The position numbers and the translations under genes were made by a program. DNA of 37,481 nucleotides from NCBI GenBank assembly GCA_044225505.1, contig JBGAIN010000082.1, positions 1-37,481 on the forward strand, written 5' to 3'. Of this stretch, positions 17,891 through 28,061 are shown piece by piece (the first letter of the stretch is position 1; each line of letters begins with the position of its first letter). The notes beneath the pieces are model-generated. The model was not told where the DNA came from and did not search any database. It saw only the letters and a list, made by a program, of their open reading frames with translations. This DNA is from Limisphaerales bacterium. GTDB taxonomy: Bacteria; Verrucomicrobiota; Verrucomicrobiia; Limisphaerales; SIBE01.

Positions 17891-20800
17891 ATGCGCAGTC
17901 CCTTTTCCCAACTCAGAGACCTGCCCAGGCGCCGGCGATGGTTCCTGGCCGGGGCTGGAGTTTTCGTGGTGTACCTGCTGCTCGGTTTCTTCGTGATCCC
18001 GGCCCTGGTGAAACGACAGTTGTTGCATCAACTGCCGCCCGCGACGCACCGGACCGCCACGGTGCGAGAGGTGAGGTTTAATCCGTTCGTTTTGGCGTTG
18101 ACCGTGAAGGATTTGAGTCTACTGGAAACAAATGGTCAGCCGTTTGCCTCGTTCCAGGAGTTTTATGCGAACTTTCAGCTTTCCAGCCTCTTTCGCTGGA
18201 CTTGGACCTTTGATGAAATCCGATTGACGTCCCCCCGAGCTGAACTGGTCCTCAACACCAATAAAAGCTTCAACTTCGCCAACCTCTTCGAGACGCGCGC
18301 TGGTGCATCGTCGGCGTCTGTGACGACGTCGAGAAGCGCAATCCCAAGGTTGCTCGTCTTCGACTTGAGTATAACGAATGGTCACGTCGGTTTTGCCGAT
18401 CTTTCCCGGAGAACACCGTTTCGCACGGAGTATCATCCCATCAACCTGCACTTGAACCGCTTTACGACCCATCCGGAAAGCGCAAGTCCGTATGCCTTTG
18501 AAGCATCGAGCGACAAAGGGCGCCAAATCCGTTGGTCTGGATCGGTCACCGCCCAGCCGATCGCATCTGCCGGTCGCTTGCAGATTGAGGGCATTCGTCT
18601 GGCGCCGCACGCTCCCTACATCGAGGATTTCACGCGAGCCAAACTGACGGATGGCACCCTCGACATTGCCGGCCGTTATGCGCTGGCCGTCAAAACCAAT
18701 GGGGTTGATCTCACTGTCTCTGAACTCGCTGTCACCGTGGAGAAGCTTGAACTTCGGGATCCCACCACGGACGAAGCCGTTCTTGGAGTTCCCTCTTTTG
18801 CACTTCAAGGAGGTCAGTTTGATTTGCAGAAGCGGCGCGCCAGCGGCGGCACCGTGGTGATCAGAAATCCAACGGCCCTTGTCCGAAGGTCACCGGACGG
18901 CTTGATCAATCTCGTTTCTCTCATCCAGGCGGAACCGCGGGCTGCCTCATTACCGTCCCAGGCGAGCGCGAAGCCCGGTGCCCATCCAACGGGATTGGAC
19001 TGGCTGTTCTCTTTGGATAACGTTCTGGTCCAGGAGGCGTCCGTGCGTTTAGAGGATAGTGCTGCGCCAGGATCATTTCAGTCTGTGCTTAAGCCCGTCA
19101 ACGTCGAACTCAGGAACTTTTCCACCGCTGCCAATGCCCAGGCGACGGTCAAATTGGACTTAATGACAGACGCAAACGAAACTCTATCCGTCACGGCAGA
19201 TTATGTGCACACGCCGCCACACGGCTCGGCCAGTATCAAGCTGGGTCGGTTAGACCTCAAACGCTATGGACCTTACCTGGCACCGTTCTTCAAAGGGACC
19301 ATTAATTCAGGCAATCTAGGTGTGGCCGTCGATCTAAGCCAGGAGGGCCGCGGCCCCGCACAACAGATCGTCGCCACGAATGCGAGTCTCCTCTTATCCG
19401 ACTTGGAAATCCGCTCTGTGCAAGGCACGGAGGCACTGGTCCGCATCCCTTATCTCGCTCTCGACAAGGGGTTGGGAAATCTCGCAGACAAGGTCGTAGA
19501 GGTCGGCGGCCTGGTTTCGACCGGAGCCACATTCAAGGTTCAACGCGAATCGACCGGGGCGATCGACTTGCTCAGTCTGATTGCGACCAACTCGCCCGGA
19601 ACCGCGGCGGTCACGAACTCCGCCGCCTGGAACTTCGCACTGGGTGAATTATCCCTCCGTAACTGGGCGGTGCACATTACCGATCAAATGGCCGCCAAAC
19701 CTGCGCCTCTGCAACTGGACCAAGTAGCACTAACGTTGCGGGGCGCCCGCTGGCCCAGCAATGCGTCGGTCGCGACAGAGCTCGCGGCCCGAGTAAACGA
19801 GTCGGGCGCATTCGCGTTCCAAGGCACGGTTCAACCTGTCTCCCAAGCGTTAGACGGAACTGTTCTCCTTTCAGGACTGGAGCTTCGAGGATTTCAACCT
19901 TGGATCACCCCTTACCTGCGGCTCGGCGTCGAAAGTGGCACCTTATCCACGACCGGGCAGATCGCTTTTGCGATGGCAGCTGAGGGAGCGCCTCACGCCG
20001 CTTTCACAGGAGCACTTGATATCGCCAAACTTTCTACCGTCGACCAAGTTCAATTCAAGGAACTCGCCCGCTGGGATCAACTATCACTCGAAGGCATCCA
20101 TGTGGAAATCGAGCCTAACCAAGCTAACGTTCGACAGGTTACATTGTCCGGGCTGCAGACTAGTGTCATTTTGGACGCGGCACGGCACCTTAATCTATTA
20201 TCTCTGTTCCCCTCCGCGTCGACCAATGAACAAGCCAACCTAACGCCCGCCGCAAGCGGTGCTGTGACCCATCCGGGCTTCGCCATGGAGGTAGGCGAGC
20301 TGAAGCTTGAGAAAGCAGCCATCCAATTCGAAGATCACTCGGTCGATCCTCATTGTGTCTTTGCGGTGCAGCAACTCGATGGCAAGGTCACGTCGCTCTC
20401 CTCCAAGCCAGATTCACGCGCAGACGCCGAGTTTACCGGGCACGTCGACGACACCTCGCCGTTTATGCTGCGCGGACGAGTCAACCCGTTGGCAGGAGAT
20501 CTCGCGCTCGACCTTGTCTTCACGAACCATAACCTCCAACTCACTCCCTTCTCGCCTTACATGGAGAAATATGCAGGGCATCCACTTCATAAAGGCCGCG
20601 TCTCGCTGGACCTGAACTATGTGGTCGAAGCCAAACGGCTCCAGGCGAAGAACAAAGTCCAAATCGACCAACTGTTGCTTGGCCCACGGAACTCGAACTC
20701 CGATGCCACCAAGCTACCCGTCAAACTGGCCGTCGCACTCTTGAAAGATAATAACGGCCGCATTGATCTCGATGCCCCGTTGGACGGCCGTCTGGACGAT

Positions 20801-21643
20801 CCTCAGTTTCGAATCGGCCCGGTCATCCTGAAGATTGTTGTCAACTTAATTGCCAAGACCGTGGCGTCTCCTTTCAAACTGATTGGCGCACTGGTCGGCG
20901 GCGGCGAAGAACTCAGTTTCGTTGATTTTGCCCCAGGCACCGTGGACCTCCTCCCAGGGGAGACTAATAAGCTAGACAAGCTGATTCAGGCCCTCGAAAA
21001 ACGACCCGCGCTCAGCCTGGAGATTGAGGGATCTATCGATCCTCACGCGGATCGGGATGCGGTCGCAAGAAATCTCGTCGAGAACCAAGTCCGATCACAG
21101 CGGCTGCAAGAGCTCGCCACCGTCGGCCGCGCTCCCGTTGCTATGGAATCGTTCGCGGTCGAACCGCTCGAACAAGAGCGCTTGCTTCGGGTGCTTTTGA
21201 CCAAGACCTGCGGCACGAATTTATCCGCCGCTGTTCAAGCGTTTGCCGCCCGGGCCGCGGCCGCCACCAACGGGCCCGCCACCGTTCGACAGCCCGTCCG
21301 CGGACCAGGCCTGATCGGTCGCGTCACCAGTCTCTTCAAGCCCAAGAAAGAGCGGGCGGCCACTCGGCAAGCCCACCTCGCCGCCAAGGCGGACGCCCGT
21401 CTGCTCGAGGCCAACCCGGAACTGGCCAGTCTGAGCCCGGAAGATATGGAAGCTTTGATCGCAGCACAAACAGAAGTCCCCGTTGAGACCCTGCGACAGT
21501 TAATGCAAGACCGCGCCAAAGCCGTGCAATCTTATCTCCTGTCGACCGGGAAAGTTACAGACGAAAGGTTGTTCTTGCTGGCGCCGAAAACAACGGACGC
21601 CTCTGCTGGCGGAGAGGCGCGCGCGCACCTTTCACTCGATTGA
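17891..21643 (+). CDS. DUF748 (AsmA-like) repeat protein with N-terminal membrane anchor
   Basis: VRFNPF, repeated beta-rich units, LTPFSPYMEKYAG, LPVKLAVALLKD..G.IDLD.PL.G.LDDPQF, LEKRPALSLEIEG; 1250 aa. Confidence 0.88.
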   Translation: MRSPFSQLRDLPRRRRWFLAGAGVFVVYLLLGFFVIPALVKRQLLHQLPPATHRTATVREVRFNPFVLALTVKDLSLLETNGQPFASFQEFYANFQLSSLFRWTWTFDEIRLTSPRAELVLNTNKSFNFANLFETRAGASSASVTTSRSAIPRLLVFDLSITNGHVGFADLSRRTPFRTEYHPINLHLNRFTTHPESASPYAFEASSDKGRQIRWSGSVTAQPIASAGRLQIEGIRLAPHAPYIEDFTRAKLTDGTLDIAGRYALAVKTNGVDLTVSELAVTVEKLELRDPTTDEAVLGVPSFALQGGQFDLQKRRASGGTVVIRNPTALVRRSPDGLINLVSLIQAEPRAASLPSQASAKPGAHPTGLDWLFSLDNVLVQEASVRLEDSAAPGSFQSVLKPVNVELRNFSTAANAQATVKLDLMTDANETLSVTADYVHTPPHGSASIKLGRLDLKRYGPYLAPFFKGTINSGNLGVAVDLSQEGRGPAQQIVATNASLLLSDLEIRSVQGTEALVRIPYLALDKGLGNLADKVVEVGGLVSTGATFKVQRESTGAIDLLSLIATNSPGTAAVTNSAAWNFALGELSLRNWAVHITDQMAAKPAPLQLDQVALTLRGARWPSNASVATELAARVNESGAFAFQGTVQPVSQALDGTVLLSGLELRGFQPWITPYLRLGVESGTLSTTGQIAFAMAAEGAPHAAFTGALDIAKLSTVDQVQFKELARWDQLSLEGIHVEIEPNQANVRQVTLSGLQTSVILDAARHLNLLSLFPSASTNEQANLTPAASGAVTHPGFAMEVGELKLEKAAIQFEDHSVDPHCVFAVQQLDGKVTSLSSKPDSRADAEFTGHVDDTSPFMLRGRVNPLAGDLALDLVFTNHNLQLTPFSPYMEKYAGHPLHKGRVSLDLNYVVEAKRLQAKNKVQIDQLLLGPRNSNSDATKLPVKLAVALLKDNNGRIDLDAPLDGRLDDPQFRIGPVILKIVVNLIAKTVASPFKLIGALVGGGEELSFVDFAPGTVDLLPGETNKLDKLIQALEKRPALSLEIEGSIDPHADRDAVARNLVENQVRSQRLQELATVGRAPVAMESFAVEPLEQERLLRVLLTKTCGTNLSAAVQAFAARAAAATNGPATVRQPVRGPGLIGRVTSLFKPKKERAATRQAHLAAKADARLLEANPELASLSPEDMEALIAAQTEVPVETLRQLMQDRAKAVQSYLLSTGKVTDERLFLLAPKTTDASAGGEARAHLSLD

Positions 21644-24600
21644 CTCGCGAACGATGTGCAGCACCCAATCTTCGGAATCGGGTGCCACCACCGAAACGGC
21701 GCGGCCACCTGAGATCAGGAATTTCTGTCCGACGTTTCCCGTCCGCGGATCGAGCCATTCCGCGCGGTACGCTCCAGGCGCAGCCTTGAGGTCGATCTGA
21801 GTCTCCCCGCCTTTCGGCAGGTAGACGACATATTGGTGATCCGGTTCCGCCAAGGCCACAGCCGCGTCCGTCACGCCCTCGAATGGCTGCATTCGCCAAT
21901 AGGGTAGCTGGGTCATGAAATCCCACAGAACTCGCAGCTGTCCAGCGGCCCCCTCATCAGAGACGACGAACCCATACTGCTCCCCAGGATCAAGGCGGTT
22001 CCACGCGTCACTGTGACCCACGGTTCCCTGAAAGCCCGCCGCCAAGTAACCGCCCGCACAGACGATGCGCCAAGCCGCGCGTCTCACTTTGTCCGTGTGG
22101 TGGACCTGCCGTTTCGCCGTAGGCTGGCCATGTAAATATTCGTAACCGCTCTCGCTGTTCAAAACCGGTTTGCGAAAACGTCGGTCTGCCCGCAAACTCG
22201 CCACCACTTCCGCCGGATCTCCTTGCCAACATCGCAACTTCTCATCCCATGCCAGCCCAGCTCCAGTCTGCCCGGTTTGTTGCGATAAAACGTCGATCTC
22301 CTCCGCATTCCCAAAAAACTCTCCAATCCGCCAAGGCGCCTCGAAAGGTGATCTCGGGCTGTCCCCACGACGGCTCGCCGAAATCACGGGATGGACCGTG
22401 ACTAAATGTCCGTATGGATCGTTCTCCCTGATAAAGCGCGCGCACGCTACAGCCCAATCAACATCACCGGGGAAATCGAGACGATATTTTCCATCCGGGT
22501 GGGTTTCGTACTCGTTGGAGATCGTCCATAGGAACACGTGATCATAAGCAGCATACCGAGCGAGCAGATACCGTAACCACTGACGCTCTCGCGACGCCGT
22601 CCAAACCGTCGGATCGTTAAACGGACGGCGGTAGAAATTCAGCAGAATCAATTCCACCCCCATTCCAACCTGCCGCAACTGCTCCATGAAGGCATCAAAG
22701 GCAGCGAAGAACTCAGGATTGAATCGGTCCAAGTCCGGTCCTTGGGCGGTTCCTCCCCAAGCCCAGAAGGCGGCGTTTGTCGCAGCGCGGCTCTCGCTGT
22801 GCCCCACCGTCATGCGAACATAGTTAAAGCGTTGGGCGCGGCGCGTCTGGAGATAATCCAGCCGCAACTGCGCGGTGATGGGACTGTCGTCGAACAATCC
22901 GTAACACGTGTCGCCCATAGGAAAAAAAGGCGCACCGTCAGCGTGCGCAAATGCGTAGGGATTCTCAGGATGAATCTCCACCACACCATGCCCTGTGGCG
23001 GGGGTACAGAAAACCACTCCTTCCTGAAGCAACTCCACCCCTTCCCCACGCAGCCGGTATCTCCAACCCCCTTCTTCGTTGGGGGCAAACCGCAGCCGCC
23101 ACATGTCTGCCCCATCATAGAAACCATCGATCACATTGGTTTTCCTGCTCGGCGAGACAAATTCACCTACCCAAGCCGCATCTCGATACGGGTTCGTCAC
23201 CAACGCATGCGCCTTCGAAACAAACTCATGAACCTCCCACCGTGGGACGTTCACGATGGGTGCCTCTCGCCTTGCCGGCAATGTCCCAGTCTGGATTTCG
23301 TCCAGCGTCCGCAAAAAAGCTCCGCCAAACGCAGCACCCATGGAGCGGACCTCCGGGACGGTATAGTTCCACCAAGGCATTTCCCAACCCCAAACCCGCG
23401 TCCCGTATTTCTTCATCGCGTATTGATGAGGGTTCCCTTCCGACAAAGGCGATCGGCCTTCCCAATTATATTTGAGCGGGGTCGTTTCATCCTTCCAACG
23501 GTGACCCGCACCGTGCAACGACGGGAACAATTGCGTAAAGCGAACCCAGGCTCGATCGGTGGGACGCCCCTCCTCCCCGTCCGTGTAGAACACCACATTG
23601 CGATCGCGAGGAGCCACCCAATTATGCCACGCCACCGCGAAGTCGGGATGGAGCCGGTCAATCGTGTCAAACACCAGACGACCGGTCGCCGTGCCCCGAG
23701 GGTTCGGAAAATCGTACCCGCCTCGGTATTCGAATCCTTGAGCGACACCGTCGACGTTGGTCATCGGATGAAGCACCAACGTATAGCGACGCCGGAGATC
23801 GGCCGCTGCATCCGACAGAAGGAACTCGATCAGCCCTTCCATGGCAAAGGAAGACCACGTTTCGTAAGCGTGTTCACGGGCATGCCAGAAAATAACGCGT
23901 TTGTTCTCGGGCGCTATACTCGGGTCCGTGATCGTCAGTTCCCAGTGCTGGCGCCCACCATCGCTGCGGCCGAGATGCTTCTTCTGCAAGTGCGGGTGCG
24001 CAGGCAGTGCGTCGACGAAGGTCAGGTATTCCGCATAGGTATACCACGGGCTGAGCCCTAACTTCGTCGTTCCAGGTGGCACCGTAAATCGCACGGTTGC
24101 GATCCAGCGGTCTGTGCTCCCGTCGATCTGCTCCCAACGCTCTCCAGGTCTCTGGATAAAGAGAAAGTCCCGGAGCTTCATGCCCGCTTCGGGTTTATTG
24201 TCGTAATCAGTTCGTTGACCATCTCCCGACAGATCGAGATGCACGGTCACGGTCGTCGCGACTGCCGCTTTGTTTCGGCAAAGCAAATCTACTCGCGACA
24301 CCGCATGGCGCAGCACACTCTGCCCCCCTTCTTCGTAAGCCGCTCGAATGCGAAATTCGTTTAGCCCAACCCTCTCTACTCGATTCGAGTCCCGAGGTGT
24401 GCCTCCATCCTCTGGAACTGACCATTCAATGTCTTGCGCCAAGGAACCCCCGACAGCGCAGAAGGCAAGGAGAGTGATCAGGAGAAGCACGCCGAATCGG
24501 CACGACGCGACAAGGAACACTTGGACTTCCTGGCGGTTCGAGAGTCCTTCGAGGGCGGTCCAGTGACCTTCAATTCGAATGGATGAGTGGTGCGGCCGCA

Positions 24601-24655
24601 TTGGTCTCGTCCATCCCAAGCGGCAGTCCTCAGTCAACGGTTGGGCGGTTCTCAT
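21632..24655 (-). CDS. Fusion of an M14 zinc-carboxypeptidase-like domain with DUF5060, DUF4038 (apiosidase-like) and a collagen-binding-type C-terminal domain
   Basis: AREHAYE, HPMTNVDG and AWHNW (M14-like); DGFYDG..WRLRFAP.EEG.W (DUF5060); DGAPFFPMGDT, WTISNEY, KPVLNSESGYE (DUF4038); YVVYLP...WLDPRTG. The true start is probably downstream (24601, or the GTG at 24520). Confidence 0.8.
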   Translation of the reverse strand: MRTAQPLTEDCRLGWTRPMRPHHSSIRIEGHWTALEGLSNRQEVQVFLVASCRFGVLLLITLLAFCAVGGSLAQDIEWSVPEDGGTPRDSNRVERVGLNEFRIRAAYEEGGQSVLRHAVSRVDLLCRNKAAVATTVTVHLDLSGDGQRTDYDNKPEAGMKLRDFLFIQRPGERWEQIDGSTDRWIATVRFTVPPGTTKLGLSPWYTYAEYLTFVDALPAHPHLQKKHLGRSDGGRQHWELTITDPSIAPENKRVIFWHAREHAYETWSSFAMEGLIEFLLSDAAADLRRRYTLVLHPMTNVDGVAQGFEYRGGYDFPNPRGTATGRLVFDTIDRLHPDFAVAWHNWVAPRDRNVVFYTDGEEGRPTDRAWVRFTQLFPSLHGAGHRWKDETTPLKYNWEGRSPLSEGNPHQYAMKKYGTRVWGWEMPWWNYTVPEVRSMGAAFGGAFLRTLDEIQTGTLPARREAPIVNVPRWEVHEFVSKAHALVTNPYRDAAWVGEFVSPSRKTNVIDGFYDGADMWRLRFAPNEEGGWRYRLRGEGVELLQEGVVFCTPATGHGVVEIHPENPYAFAHADGAPFFPMGDTCYGLFDDSPITAQLRLDYLQTRRAQRFNYVRMTVGHSESRAATNAAFWAWGGTAQGPDLDRFNPEFFAAFDAFMEQLRQVGMGVELILLNFYRRPFNDPTVWTASRERQWLRYLLARYAAYDHVFLWTISNEYETHPDGKYRLDFPGDVDWAVACARFIRENDPYGHLVTVHPVISASRRGDSPRSPFEAPWRIGEFFGNAEEIDVLSQQTGQTGAGLAWDEKLRCWQGDPAEVVASLRADRRFRKPVLNSESGYEYLHGQPTAKRQVHHTDKVRRAAWRIVCAGGYLAAGFQGTVGHSDAWNRLDPGEQYGFVVSDEGAAGQLRVLWDFMTQLPYWRMQPFEGVTDAAVALAEPDHQYVVYLPKGGETQIDLKAAPGAYRAEWLDPRTGNVGQKFLISGGRAVSVVAPDSEDWVLHIVRESIE

Positions 24656-24746
24656 TCAGAAGAATTGGAACAGGTTGATCTTGTCACTCGCACCTCGCTG
24701 GTAGCAATCACTTCCGCCACGAACGTCACGTTACGCATGAAATGGA

Positions 24747-25703
24747 CTACGGCGGAAGGTGATTTTCTTCACGGATTCGCCGCGCTTCGTCGGTCGCTTC
24801 CTTTGCTTTCTCGAACTGACCGCATCGATCTGCAACCTGACCGAACAGTTCCAACTCTTGCGCGAGCGCCAGGAAGACGTAGGGGCTCAGAGGACCTTCC
24901 AGCCGTTGCCTGCGATAGGCAATCGCCTGTTTCAAGGCGGCCGCGGCTCCCGGCAGATTGTTCCGATCTCGCTCCAACGTGGCTTGCACATGCCACCACT
25001 TAGCCAGGCTTCCGATATAACCCGGCAGGATCGGGGGAGAATCCTTAGGATCAATCAACTCCCAGGCGTTGCTCAAGTCGGCCTCCGCGCCGGGTTTGTC
25101 GCTAATCGCAAGAAAACATTCCGCTCGATTCAGTAAGGCCACGGCTCGCGAATTCGCCATCACCCGGGTTGGTTCAAGCACCTCGAGTGCGGCCGAAGCA
25201 GCTTCCATCGCGTGGGCGACATCTCCGCGCAGACGCGCGCAGATCGATTCGTTTTCTAATGCCTGGGCGGTCAAGGGAGAGATGCCTCCCGCCCGAGCGG
25301 ACTTGGTCGCCTCCAGAGCACATTGCCATGCCTCATCCAGCCGGCCCAGAAGCCGCAGCAAGCGAGAGAGATCCATCCACGGCTTTGAAACCAAGGCGGG
25401 GTTGCCCGAGGACTGGTAGCGTGCCGCTAATTCTCGATAGACGCGCTCCGCGCCGAGCCAATCGCCCGTTTCCTCACACTTAGACGCCTCCATCGACAGA
25501 AGAATCTCCGGAGTCGGATTCTGCATGGCCTCTTCAGTCGCCAACATCAAAGCGCTAAACGCCGCAGCGGTCGCTTCTTGCCGATCGCCCGATTCCATAG
25601 CCGCACCGTAGGACTGAATCGTCGCTTCAAACTGTTTGAGAAAGTCGCGATCTGCGTCGTCAGCTGAGTTGGTGGACCCGGAATTGTCGGAAGGATCGTT
25701 CAT
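24747..25703 (-). CDS. All-helical TPR-like repeat protein
   Basis: Repeated motifs such as LGRLDEAWQ, RGDVAHAMEA and CGQFEKAKEA. Likely start is the ATG at 25703 (track start 25823). Confidence 0.7.
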   Translation of the reverse strand: MNDPSDNSGSTNSADDADRDFLKQFEATIQSYGAAMESGDRQEATAAAFSALMLATEEAMQNPTPEILLSMEASKCEETGDWLGAERVYRELAARYQSSGNPALVSKPWMDLSRLLRLLGRLDEAWQCALEATKSARAGGISPLTAQALENESICARLRGDVAHAMEAASAALEVLEPTRVMANSRAVALLNRAECFLAISDKPGAEADLSNAWELIDPKDSPPILPGYIGSLAKWWHVQATLERDRNNLPGAAAALKQAIAYRRQRLEGPLSPYVFLALAQELELFGQVADRCGQFEKAKEATDEARRIREENHLPP

Positions 25704-25845
25704 GGTGAGCGCTGCGCGCGAGTGTTTTTGGTTACCTGAAAGCGTGCACCGAAAAGAAACTAGCCGCGCGCGGTGAATTGAGCGGCTCCGCGGTGAATGG
25801 ATTTGATTCTGGGTGACGTGCATTGTCTAGTTCTTGCTTCTGTAA

Positions 25846-26275
25846 CATCGGATCGCGGGATTTATCCTAATGCCATTCGGTAATTCTATTCAGTCCCGGA
25901 AGGGACAGAATGAGAGAAGCCCGGTCGCTTTAGCGCCGGGTGCTCAAGTGCGAGGGCCCAAGCCCCGGAGGGGCGGCTGAGGGCGGCGAGAAAGGGCGTT
26001 TGGGTTCTACGACCTTGTGATCCGCTTAATCTCCGGTTCTTCCGTTCAATGCCACGTCCTCGGCCGTCCCGTCGGGACTTGGAATCGCGCCCATTCAAGC
26101 TCGGCGTTAAAACGCCGAGCTATTCTCGAGTTGCCCCATCCGGGGCGCCAAGAGGCGATTACCGAATGGCATTAGGATTTATCCCGCAGGAAGCCTCGCC
26201 TGGCAGAATGTGCCTCGATTCATCCGCCGCTTGCCCTCCGCGCGTCCATTCCAGCGGACTAAAGTCCGCGTTCCC
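25846..26275. repeat. REP-like palindrome doublet hosting MITE copy 1
   Basis: Removing the element and one TSD restores GCGGGA-TTTA-TCCCGC. A related partner hairpin GCGGACT-AA-AGTCCGC lies at 26254-26269. Confidence 0.65.
25868..26174. mobile_element. Non-autonomous element (MITE), copy 1, 307 bp, IS4-like terminal inverted repeats
   Basis: Perfect 17-bp TIR TAATGCCATTCGGTAAT ... ATTACCGAATGGCATTA, flanked by the direct repeat GGATTTATCC (25858-25867 and 26175-26184). A second copy starts at 30173. Confidence 0.8.
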
Positions 26276-26419
26276 ATGAAGTCGTTGGCACTCCGCAGGA
26301 TGTCAAGGTGACCCAAAGGCCGGGCAGCATCGCCTCCGGGACTTTCAAAAACGGTGTCGCCACCGTCTTGAGTGTTGCCAGTCGGCACGATTCAGGCCAG
26401 ATTCTGGACGCCCGTGATC

Positions 26420-27901
26420 ATGAATCTTGGAGTGAAACTTTCACCAGTAAACTATCTCGCATGCCTCCTCAGCCTTGGCGTGGCTGTCGCCGTTTCTGAA
26501 ACTTCTACTCAGGGCGCCAATGGAGTGCTTTTCTATAATTCCTTCCAGTCTCCCAATGCGCCCCCAACACTTCGACGCATCAACGGGGATGGCACCGGCG
26601 ACCAAGCGATCGCGGTCAACCTTCCTTCCGTCCTCTATCCGACGCTCTCCCGTGATGGGCGTCGCTTGCTCGTCACATCGCCCGACCCGGGACGCCCCTT
26701 CAAGATTAGTCAGAACGTTTACGCGATCGACCTGGTCACAGGTTTCATTGGCCGAGCGACCAGCTACCAGGACGAGTTCGTCTCGGATGGAGTCCGCTTC
26801 GCCGACGACCTGGCCCGGTTTTTTGGGAATAACACCATTTCCTCCTACAAGGTTAACTTCCCCAACTACAAAGCGTTTTCACCGAACGGCGCGCAAGTTG
26901 TCGTGATGAACATGTTTAAGTCAGGCAGCATTGTGCTTGGCACGGCACTCAACGGAAGCGACGTGCAAGCTTCGAGCGGTCGGTTCCCAGTCGTCGACGT
27001 CTACAATCTCGCCGATGCCCTCCCTGCCGGCGCCTACGTTTTCCTCGCAGCGCAGGAACGCGACGGCTTTAACCAAGGCGGCGACGGCGTCGATTGGCAT
27101 CCCGCACGCAATGAAGTTGTCGCCACGGTCGCATCGGATATCACAGCCGTGGGGACCGGCGGTCGAACGGGCGCTGAGGGGACCATCCTGGCAGTGTTCT
27201 CAACAACCAGCATTTCTCCGTTCCTTCGCAAGCTGACCAGTCCGGTCGCTCAAATCGATGCCTTTTTCGATATCTCAACACTGATCTCTTCGGCAACCAT
27301 CCCGCACGATTATGCGCCCGCGATTTCTTCGGATGGAACTCGGGTCGCTTACGTGCGCCATTTGCTCCGGCAAGATACCCGCTTCGACGGCGCTGGGATT
27401 GCTCCGTTACCCTCGATTTGTGCGATCCGTGTGATTAATTACGACGGAACGGGCGACCGGGAACTGCTGCGTTTGAACGAAGGGCTCTGGATCACCAAGC
27501 TGGCTTGGTCGCCGAACGGGACACAGATTGTGTTTGATTTGGCCCCCCAACAGGTTCTCAACGGGTGGAATTCGATGTTGGGAGATGTGACCCGCTCGAC
27601 TCTCAATGTCGTCAACGCGGATGGTTCCAACCCACATTCCCTTGTCTCAACGCCCGGGGCTTATCCAACTTGGGCTCCAGGGCCACCAACACCCCCCACC
27701 GTCCAGGCTAGGCGGGATGGGTCAAAACTTCTCCTCCAGATCGCCCCGTTGGAACCTGGGACGTCATTCAATGTCGAAGGGTCGACCAACTTGCGAACCT
27801 GGGACTCGCTCGGCACGTTCACGCCGAACGATACCACACACTTCATTACCATTACGCCGAACCCAAACGCACCCTTTGCCGCCTATCGCATTCGTCTCTG
27901 A
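26420..27901 (+). CDS. Secreted TolB/PD40-like beta-propeller protein with a C-terminal '...VEGSTNLRTW...YRIRL' module
   Basis: Signal peptide; repeats PTLSRDGRRL, AFSPNGAQV, PAISSDGTRVAY, LAWSPNGTQIVF, VNADGSN; Pro-rich linker. ATG at 26420. Confidence 0.82.
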   Translation: MNLGVKLSPVNYLACLLSLGVAVAVSETSTQGANGVLFYNSFQSPNAPPTLRRINGDGTGDQAIAVNLPSVLYPTLSRDGRRLLVTSPDPGRPFKISQNVYAIDLVTGFIGRATSYQDEFVSDGVRFADDLARFFGNNTISSYKVNFPNYKAFSPNGAQVVVMNMFKSGSIVLGTALNGSDVQASSGRFPVVDVYNLADALPAGAYVFLAAQERDGFNQGGDGVDWHPARNEVVATVASDITAVGTGGRTGAEGTILAVFSTTSISPFLRKLTSPVAQIDAFFDISTLISSATIPHDYAPAISSDGTRVAYVRHLLRQDTRFDGAGIAPLPSICAIRVINYDGTGDRELLRLNEGLWITKLAWSPNGTQIVFDLAPQQVLNGWNSMLGDVTRSTLNVVNADGSNPHSLVSTPGAYPTWAPGPPTPPTVQARRDGSKLLLQIAPLEPGTSFNVEGSTNLRTWDSLGTFTPNDTTHFITITPNPNAPFAAYRIRL

Positions 27902-28061
27902 AAGCTTGGCTGAAGAGACGCGGATTTGCTTCCCGCTCGCTTTGCGGCGCAAGACCGCAAACAGTCCGAATCCAGTTCCGCGCAACGATCGTCTCCCGAA
28001 CGAAAAAGGGCAGGTCTGGCGTGCAGATCTGCCCTCGTGAGGCTTTTTCTAACGAAGCAGC

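Noticed and set aside
21632..21643. 12-nt overlap of convergent DUF748 and M14/DUF4038 genes
   Set aside because: Short tail-to-tail overlaps are common and carry no clear signal.
22742..24061. 439-aa plus-strand ORF, and similar ones at 15096-16061 and 33907-34944
   Set aside because: These are antisense shadows of well-supported genes in GC-rich DNA, with no recognisable motifs.
25886..26098. 70-aa ORF repeated at 30191-30403
   Set aside because: It lies within the palindromic repeated element and has no protein-like features; the similarity reflects DNA duplication.
25846..26206. CRISPR array or tRNA interpretation of the hairpin cluster
   Set aside because: There is no regular repeat-spacer period, no cas genes, and no cloverleaf or T-loop motif.
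26382..26398. GG-N10-GC element TCGGCACGATTCAGGCC before the TolB-like gene
   Set aside because: The -12 half is poor (AGGC) and it would leave only about 11 nt of leader; too weak to call.
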